Assembly: GCA_965228475.1 (NCBI GenBank)
Contig: OZ245817.1
Coordinates: 3,872,001 to 3,936,000, forward strand
Source: Myxococcota bacterium
GTDB taxonomy: Bacteria; Myxococcota_A; UBA9160; JAFDDA01
Reading direction: 5' to 3'
Length of the DNA stretch: 64,000 nt
A program made the translations under genes and the position numbers. The notes beneath the pieces were generated by a model, which ran no database searches, had not been told where the DNA came from, and worked only from the letters and a program-made list of their open reading frames with translations. This document shows, one piece after another, positions 57,722-64,000 of the stretch (position 1 is its first letter; each line of letters opens with the position of its first letter).

Positions 57722-60235
57722 GTGGCCCGAGGGAACTTCGTGCGCCAACGGGCCCGCACCCAACTCCGAGCGATCCTGAACGCCGGCCTCGACCCCGAGA
57801 CCGCGCCGCCGGACGAGCTGCGCCGGGTGCGGAACCTGACCGTCGCGACCGCGGGCTTCACCGTGCTCGCCGTTCCCGTGCTGATCGCGAACTTCGTGGC
57901 GCTCGGGCCGGGCTTCGGGCTCGTGCTCCTGGCCGCCATGGCCGCCGCCGTCGCCAACGTGGTGGCGCTCCGCCACGGGCACTCGATCGACCGCGCGGGC
58001 CACTTCGCGACGGGGCTTCTGCTCACCTACCTCGCCTGGTCCCTGTGGCACGGCGGCGGGGTCGAAGAGCCCTCCTTCGCGTCGATCTATCTCGTCCCGT
58101 TGACCGCCGCCCTGCTGATCAACGGGCGCGCGGCCGCGGGCTGGACCGCCGTCTGCATCGCGATCACCGGCGTCTTCTTCGTCGGCGCCAAGGAAGGCCT
58201 GCTCCCAGAAAGTCTCCTCGCCGGCAAGACGGGCGACCTCTACCTGATCCTGACCCACGTGGTCGCCCTGCTCGGCGTGAGCCTGCTCGCCGCCGCCTTC
58301 GCCCAGAACCACGAGCACCTGCGCGGCTGGCTTCGCGCCTCCAACGAGGAGCTCGAGCGCGATTCCGACTACATCCGCATCCTGCACCGCACGGCGGTGA
58401 TCGCGAACGACGCCGCCTCGGGCAACGAAGCCATGCTCGCCTCGGCCGAGCTGATCTGTGACGTCCTCGGCTGGGACGTCGGCTCCGTCTGGGTCGCCAC
58501 GGGGAAGCCGCCGCGCACGCTCGAAGCGATCGGCGGGAGCGTGCGAGACGCCGAGCGCGACGGATCGCTCCGGCGGGAGTTCTGCGCGGGACCGATCGCC
58601 GAGGGGCAATCCTTCGTCGGCCGGGCCTACCGCAACCGGGCGCCCGTGTTCTGCGACCGGGTCGGCTCCGACCCCCGCTTCGCCCACGCGGACGCCGCCG
58701 AACGCGCCGGGCTGCAGGGTGCCCTCGCCTTCCCGATCATGCTCGGCCACGAAGTGACCGGCATCTTCGAGTTCCACCGCCGCGAAGGCGGCGGGCCCGA
58801 CCGCCAGCTCCTGCGCCTCCTCACCCACGTGGGCACCCAGGTCAGCCGGGTCATGGAGCGCGAACGCGCCGAGGCCCGGATCGAGACGCTCGCGTACTAC
58901 GACGCCCTGACCGGGCTGCCGAACCGGCAGCTCTTCCAGGACCGCCTCGAGGAGGTCCTCCGTACCGCCAGCGAACGCGACCGCCCGGCGGCGCTGCTCT
59001 TCGTCGATCTCGACGGCTTCAAGCGGGTGAACGACACGCTCGGGCACGCGGTCGGCGACGCGCTGCTTCGCGAGGTGACCCGCCGCTTCGCGCAGAGCCT
59101 ACGGCTCGTCGACTTCCTGGCCCGGGCCGAGAGCGCCGGACACGCCGTCTCCCGCTTCGGCGGCGACGAGTTCACCGTGGTGCTCGAGAAGGTCCCGAAC
59201 CGGGCGGGCGCCGCCGTCGTCGCCGAGCGGCTGCTCGCGGCGCTCCAGTCCCCGATCGAGATCGACGGACACGAGGTCTTCGCCGGAGCGAGCATCGGCA
59301 TCGCCATGTACCCGGAAGACGGACCCGACGTCGACACGCTCCTGCGCCGGGCGGACGCGGCCATGTACGCCGCGAAGGGGCGCGGGCGCGGGCAGTACCG
59401 CTTCGCGACCGAGGGCGAGGCCGAGAGCGGCAGCCGGCGCATGCAGCTCGAAGGCCCCCTGCGGCGCGCGCTCCAGAACGACCAGTTCGAGCTCCACTAC
59501 CAGCCGCTGCTCGACATGCGGAGCGAAGAGACGCTCGGGGCCGAGGCGCTTCTGCGCTGGCACGAGCCGACGCTCGGGAACGTCTCGCCCGGGGAGTTCA
59601 TCCCCCTGGCCGAGCAGTGCGGCCTCATCAACGGCATCGGCGATTGGATCATCCGCGCGGCGTGCGCGCAGATCGCGGCCTGGCGGGAAGAGGGCTTCGA
59701 ACCGGTCCGCGTCGCCGTGAACCTCTCGGGGCAGCAGATCCGCGGGCCGTCGGTCGTCGACTGCGTCGCGCAGGCCCTCGAAGAGAACGGCCTCGGACCG
59801 GAGCTCCTCGAACTCGAGATCACCGAGAGCACGATCATGCGCGACGACGAGGTCACCGCGGACACGCTGCGGGCCCTGGCGGACCTCGGCGTCGGGCTCG
59901 CCCTCGACGACTTCGGGACGGGCTACTCCTCGCTCTCCCACCTGCGACGGCACCCGATCGATTCGCTCAAGCTCGACCGGAGCTTCGTCTCGGGCGTCCC
60001 CGAGAGCGGCGACGACGTCGCCATCGCCACCGCCGTCATCGCCATGGCGCACGGATTGAAGAAGCGCGTGACGGCCGAGGGCATCGAGACGCGGGAGCAG
60101 CTCGAGTTCCTGCGCGGCATGGGCTGCGACGTGGCCCAGGGCTTCCTGTTCAGCCCGGCCGTGCCGGGGAACGACTTCCGTCGCTTCCTGCAGCGCGCCA
60201 AGGACGACGAGAGCGAGCCCCGCTCGCGGCGCTAG
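57722..60235 (+). CDS. Membrane-bound GAF-GGDEF-EAL c-di-GMP enzyme
   Basis: N-terminal TMs, GAF-like region, GGDEF, EAL, DDFGTGYSS. Confidence 0.93.
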   Translation: MARGNFVRQRARTQLRAILNAGLDPETAPPDELRRVRNLTVATAGFTVLAVPVLIANFVALGPGFGLVLLAAMAAAVANVVALRHGHSIDRAGHFATGLLLTYLAWSLWHGGGVEEPSFASIYLVPLTAALLINGRAAAGWTAVCIAITGVFFVGAKEGLLPESLLAGKTGDLYLILTHVVALLGVSLLAAAFAQNHEHLRGWLRASNEELERDSDYIRILHRTAVIANDAASGNEAMLASAELICDVLGWDVGSVWVATGKPPRTLEAIGGSVRDAERDGSLRREFCAGPIAEGQSFVGRAYRNRAPVFCDRVGSDPRFAHADAAERAGLQGALAFPIMLGHEVTGIFEFHRREGGGPDRQLLRLLTHVGTQVSRVMERERAEARIETLAYYDALTGLPNRQLFQDRLEEVLRTASERDRPAALLFVDLDGFKRVNDTLGHAVGDALLREVTRRFAQSLRLVDFLARAESAGHAVSRFGGDEFTVVLEKVPNRAGAAVVAERLLAALQSPIEIDGHEVFAGASIGIAMYPEDGPDVDTLLRRADAAMYAAKGRGRGQYRFATEGEAESGSRRMQLEGPLRRALQNDQFELHYQPLLDMRSEETLGAEALLRWHEPTLGNVSPGEFIPLAEQCGLINGIGDWIIRAACAQIAAWREEGFEPVRVAVNLSGQQIRGPSVVDCVAQALEENGLGPELLELEITESTIMRDDEVTADTLRALADLGVGLALDDFGTGYSSLSHLRRHPIDSLKLDRSFVSGVPESGDDVAIATAVIAMAHGLKKRVTAEGIETREQLEFLRGMGCDVAQGFLFSPAVPGNDFRRFLQRAKDDESEPRSRR

Positions 60236-60251
60236 CCCCCCCCCGAAGCCG

Positions 60252-61433
60252 CTACGCGATGCAGCCCATCCCGTCCCGGAACGGCCCGGTCACCTCGTAG
60301 GTGATGCCGGCGCTGAGCGCGCCGCCGCGCTGGGAGCTGAAGTAGAGCCGGCGGTGGAGCGGGTCGAAGGCGGGCCCGGCGATCTCCGAGTTGTCCTGGT
60401 TCAGGATCCGCAGCAGCGGCGAAGCCGTGCCCTCGGGCGAGAGCACGACGATCTCCATGTTGCCGCCGTCCTCCGCCACGTAGAGGTCCCCGAACCGCGA
60501 GGACGCGATGTTGTCGACGCCGCTCAGCTGCTGGCCGGGGTCCGTCGCGAAGTCGTAGTGGATGCAGACGTCCTCGGCGACGGGGTCGTAGGCCCAGACG
60601 CGGTTGTCGCCCTTCGTCGTGAAGAAGACCAGACCGCGCGCCCAGACGATGCCTTCACCGCCGTCGAAGCTGGTGGCCTGGGGCACCTGCAGCCGCGTGC
60701 GCGTCGAGTCGACGTCGCGATCCGGGTCGGGTACGACGTGCCAGACGACGCTCCCGTTCGGGCCCGGCCCGACCACCTCCGCGATCTCGAGCACGCCGGA
60801 GGAGAGATCGCCGAGGGAGTCCGGGGTGAAGCGGTAGAAGCCGCCGTCGCTGCGGTCCTCGGTCAGGTAGAAGCGCATCGGATCGTTCGGGTCCTGCAGG
60901 ACGGCCTCGTGGTTGAAGCTGCCCATGGCCGGCCGGGCCTGGGCAGGGCCGCCGAGCGGGTCGCATTCCCAGACGATTCCGGTCGGCCACTCCTCACAGG
61001 AGAGCCACGTGCCCCAGAGCGTCGGGCCGCCGGCACAGTTCGTGTTCGACCCGGAGAGGATCGAGTAGGCGTCGATGATGTTCCCGTCCGCGTCGAAGCG
61101 GAGCGCGCCGACGCCGCCGCCGAGCGGGATCTCCGAGTTCGAGACGTAGACCCAGCCGCCCTGGACCGGGAAGGTCGCGCCGCCGTCCGGGAAGCCGTGC
61201 CAGGTGTATCCCGTCGAGCCGACCGGCACCGCCGCCTCCGCCAGCACCCGGGATTGGAAGCCCGCCGGCAGGAGGATGCCGTTCGCGTCCGGGGTCGCCG
61301 AAAGCGGCCCGTACGGGCCCGGGCCGGTCACCACCGGCGTCCCGCCACCGTGGGCCGTCCGGAGCAGGCTCGCCCCCATCCAGCTCCCCGCCACGGCCCA
61401 ACCGCTCGCTCGAATGAAGTCCCGACGCCGCAT
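60252..61433 (-). CDS. PhoX-like (DUF839) alkaline phosphatase, Tat-exported
   Basis: RRDFI Tat motif; NCAGG.T.WGTWLSCEE, HEA, DN, AEDG. Confidence 0.85.
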   Translation of the reverse strand: MRRRDFIRASGWAVAGSWMGASLLRTAHGGGTPVVTGPGPYGPLSATPDANGILLPAGFQSRVLAEAAVPVGSTGYTWHGFPDGGATFPVQGGWVYVSNSEIPLGGGVGALRFDADGNIIDAYSILSGSNTNCAGGPTLWGTWLSCEEWPTGIVWECDPLGGPAQARPAMGSFNHEAVLQDPNDPMRFYLTEDRSDGGFYRFTPDSLGDLSSGVLEIAEVVGPGPNGSVVWHVVPDPDRDVDSTRTRLQVPQATSFDGGEGIVWARGLVFFTTKGDNRVWAYDPVAEDVCIHYDFATDPGQQLSGVDNIASSRFGDLYVAEDGGNMEIVVLSPEGTASPLLRILNQDNSEIAGPAFDPLHRRLYFSSQRGGALSAGITYEVTGPFRDGMGCIA

Positions 61434-61549
61434 GCTGCCTCCTCCTCGACTCTCCCCCGGATTCTACCCCCATCCGGGGGGCGATAGGGGCGGGGACGCG
61501 GCGAGCCGGGCGAAGTTGACGGATCGAGCCCGGGCGCTACCACCCTGCC

Positions 61550-62098
61550 ATGACCCGAGGCACCCGCGGTCGTTCTCGCTTCGCCCTGCTGGCGCTCTCC
61601 TGCCTGTTCGTTGCCGGCGGCACCGGCTGCGGTGGGGAACAGGACGAGGGCTGGGCCGTGCGCCGCTTCGAAGCCGGCGACGCCAGCTTTGGCGCCGTCG
61701 AGAAGGACCTGCTCGGCCCCTGCAGCGTGGTGCACGTCGTCGATGGCGACACGCTCGACGTGAAGTGCCGGGCCTTTTCGGACCAGGTCCGGATGCTGCG
61801 CATCGACACGCCGGAGGCCGGCCAGCGCGGCCACGGCGAAGCGCGCGACGCCCTCGTCGATCTCATCGGGGGCCGCGAGGTCCACCTCCTGTTCGAGGAG
61901 GCCGGCGTCCGGCAGCGCGGCAACTACGGCCGCCTGCTCGCCTACGTCTACGCCGACGGCAAGAACGTGAACGTCGAACTCGTCCGGCGCGGATGGTCGA
62001 CGTTCTGGACGAAGTTCGGCGAAGGCCGCTTCGCCGACGCCTTCGCCGACGCCGAAAAGGAAGCGAAGAACGCCAACCGCGGGCTCTGGGCCCGCTAG
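61550..62098 (+). CDS. Thermonuclease (SNase) family lipoprotein
   Basis: VVDGDT, IDTPE, YGRLLAYVY, RGLW. Confidence 0.9.
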   Translation: MTRGTRGRSRFALLALSCLFVAGGTGCGGEQDEGWAVRRFEAGDASFGAVEKDLLGPCSVVHVVDGDTLDVKCRAFSDQVRMLRIDTPEAGQRGHGEARDALVDLIGGREVHLLFEEAGVRQRGNYGRLLAYVYADGKNVNVELVRRGWSTFWTKFGEGRFADAFADAEKEAKNANRGLWAR

Positions 62099-62111
62099 GA
62101 GAGCGAACCCG

Positions 62112-62390
62112 ATGAACGAAGACACGCTCCGCCAGGGCCGCATGTTCCTGAACGTGCTCTGGGTCGTCCTCGCGGTCTCGCTCTTCCTGCCCGGCGGCGG
62201 GCTCGTGGGGCTCCTGCAGACGATCTTCTGGGTCATGCTCGCCGCGCACGTGATCGAGTTCGCGATCTTCCACCGAAAGATCCTGATGGGGGCCGGCTCG
62301 GCCGGGCACCACATCGTGCAGACGCTCCTCTACGGGTTCATCCACATCAAGAAGGTCGAGCTCGAGTCCGCGGGAGCCGCGACGAACTAG
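62112..62390 (+). CDS. DUF1145-like small membrane protein
   Basis: 'AH.IE', 'TLLYGF.H'. Confidence 0.6.
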   Translation: MNEDTLRQGRMFLNVLWVVLAVSLFLPGGGLVGLLQTIFWVMLAAHVIEFAIFHRKILMGAGSAGHHIVQTLLYGFIHIKKVELESAGAATN

Positions 62391-63314
62391 ATGCCCGCGA
62401 GCGGCCGGCCCGAGCGCACGCGGGTCTACCAGAACCACCACCTCGACAGCACGCGCTGGGATGCCTTCCGCGGCCGGCCCGGCGACATCGTGATCACCAC
62501 GGCGTACAAGGCCGGCACGACCTGGATGCAGGGGATCGTCGCGAGCCTGCTCTTCGGGGATGCGCCGCCCAAGCCCGTGCCCGAGCTCTCGCCCTGGGTC
62601 GACCTGCGCGTCCCGCCGCTCGCGGAAACGATGGCAGCCCTCGAGGCCCAGACCCATCGCCGCTTCCTGAAGTCGCACCTCCCGCTCGACGGCCTGCCCT
62701 ACGACCCGGAGGCCCGCTACGTCTGCGTCGGGCGCCACGGGCCGGACGTCTTCATGTCGCTCTGGAACCACTACACCGGCTACACGCCGGAGAGCCGGGA
62801 CCGCTTCAACCTCACGCCGGGCCGGGTCGGCCCGGAGATCCCGCTGCCGCCGGAGGATCCGCGAACGCTCTGGGCCCGCTGGGCCACCGAGGGCTGGTTC
62901 GATTGGGAAGCCGATGGCTGGCCCTACTGGTCGCTGCTCCACCACGTGCGCACGTGGTGGGAGTGGCGGCACCTGCCGAACGTCCTGTTCGTCCACTTCA
63001 ACGATCTGCTCGCGGATCTCTCCGGGGAGATGCGGCGCATCGCCGGCTTCCTCGGGATCGACGTTCCGGAGAACGAGTGGGACGCGCGCGTCGAGCTCGC
63101 GACCTTCGCCTCGATGAGGCGGCGGGCCGAGAGCGTCGCGCCGAGCGGCGGCGCCGGCTTCGAGGGCGGAGCGCAGCGCTTCATCTTCAAGGGCACGAAC
63201 GGCCGCTACCGGGGCGTGCTGACGGAGGCCGACCTCGTGCTCTGGCAGAAGAACGTCACGCGCCAGCTCTCCCCCGCCTGCGCCCACTGGCTCGAACACG
63301 GCGGGCCGGTCTAG
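62391..63314 (+). CDS. PAPS-dependent sulfotransferase
   Basis: YKAGTTW, KSHLP, R...DVFMSLWNH, KGTNGR. Confidence 0.9.
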   Translation: MPASGRPERTRVYQNHHLDSTRWDAFRGRPGDIVITTAYKAGTTWMQGIVASLLFGDAPPKPVPELSPWVDLRVPPLAETMAALEAQTHRRFLKSHLPLDGLPYDPEARYVCVGRHGPDVFMSLWNHYTGYTPESRDRFNLTPGRVGPEIPLPPEDPRTLWARWATEGWFDWEADGWPYWSLLHHVRTWWEWRHLPNVLFVHFNDLLADLSGEMRRIAGFLGIDVPENEWDARVELATFASMRRRAESVAPSGGAGFEGGAQRFIFKGTNGRYRGVLTEADLVLWQKNVTRQLSPACAHWLEHGGPV

Positions 63315-63796
63315 CGGGAAGCGGACCCGCGGGCGTGCTGGATCGCGAGCGCAAGCTCGTCCGCACGCTGGGAGCCGATCAAGAGGCGGCTTCCGTTGAC
63401 GAACTCGAGGGCCACGCCGCGGTTCCCCGAGACGTTGTAGGCCTTTCCGGCCGATCCCATGCGCACGCCCCAGCCGCCGAAGTCCCGGATCGGGCGGTAG
63501 GTGCGCGCCTCCGCGCTCACGATCTCGTACCAGGGGTAGCGGTGCTGACGGGTCAGGGGGAAGAAGCGCACGGCCAGGGCGTCGCTCTGCACCTCGACGC
63601 GAAGCTCCCCGAAGAACAGCAGCCCGATCACACCGCCCCCCACCGCGAACCCGAGAAGGCCCGCCGGCACGAGGGCCTCCCGGCCCCCGATCCACACCGA
63701 GAAGACGACCGTGGCGATCCCGATCGCGATCACGGCCTTCGAGACCGGATTGCTCGAGAGCCGCTGGCATTCGAGGAAGCGGGTGTCGGCGTTCAT
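63311..63796 (-). CDS. DUF6141/bPH-like membrane protein
   Basis: Two TMs; 'YRPIRDFGGWGVR', 'GNRGV.L', 'LIGSQR'. Confidence 0.65.
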   Translation of the reverse strand: MNADTRFLECQRLSSNPVSKAVIAIGIATVVFSVWIGGREALVPAGLLGFAVGGGVIGLLFFGELRVEVQSDALAVRFFPLTRQHRYPWYEIVSAEARTYRPIRDFGGWGVRMGSAGKAYNVSGNRGVALEFVNGSRLLIGSQRADELALAIQHARGSASR

Positions 63797-63848
63797 CCAC
63801 CGGAACAGCGGCCAGCCAGGGCGCCGACGTGAGCCCGCCTTCAGGCGG

Positions 63849-64000
63849 TCAGGCGGGGAGGCGGAAGCGCGCCACCACCTCGAGGGCCTCGTCGTCCAGG
63901 GTGAGCTCCACGTCCTCGGCCCCGGCGGGGAGGCGGGCCTCGACGAACTCCGCCATGCGGACCTCGATCTGCTTCCACCAGGCGGGGGCTTCGCGGCCGG
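63849..64000 (-). CDS. C-terminal end of an unknown protein (truncated by window)
   Basis: Open frame ...WWKQIEVRMAEFVEARLP...RFRLPA-stop. Confidence 0.5.
   Translation of the reverse strand, partial: GREAPAWWKQIEVRMAEFVEARLPAGAEDVELTLDDEALEVVARFRLPA

Overview
High-GC bacterial chromosome segment. A PEP-CTERM protein, paired AurF-like diiron proteins and the overall gene mix suggest a Gram-negative, possibly Myxococcota-like organism (inference only). About 1-29 kb and 46.5-64 kb are backbone and metabolic genes: M1 aminopeptidase, desaturase, selD fusion, AOR-MoaD-msrA, RND efflux with TetR, xth, GGDEF/EAL, PhoX. About 38-46.4 kb is visibly more A/T-rich and forms an integron-type gene-cassette array on the minus strand, with 7 complete 107-134 bp attC-like sites, an attI-like site next to msrA and no integrase in the window. 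The cassettes include HEPN, HNH and GIY-YIG nuclease genes. Every attC-like site carries an extended -10 promoter-like motif (TGGTAnnnT) pointing at the next cassette. That motif persists in eroded attC remnants down to about 34 kb, suggesting self-promoting cassettes being domesticated. Separately, two ORFs at 21.3-22.5 kb join in frame through a TGA in a CxxU motif followed by a SECIS-like hairpin, a probable AhpD-like selenoprotein 4 kb from selD. All product calls come from motif recognition by eye, not database searches.
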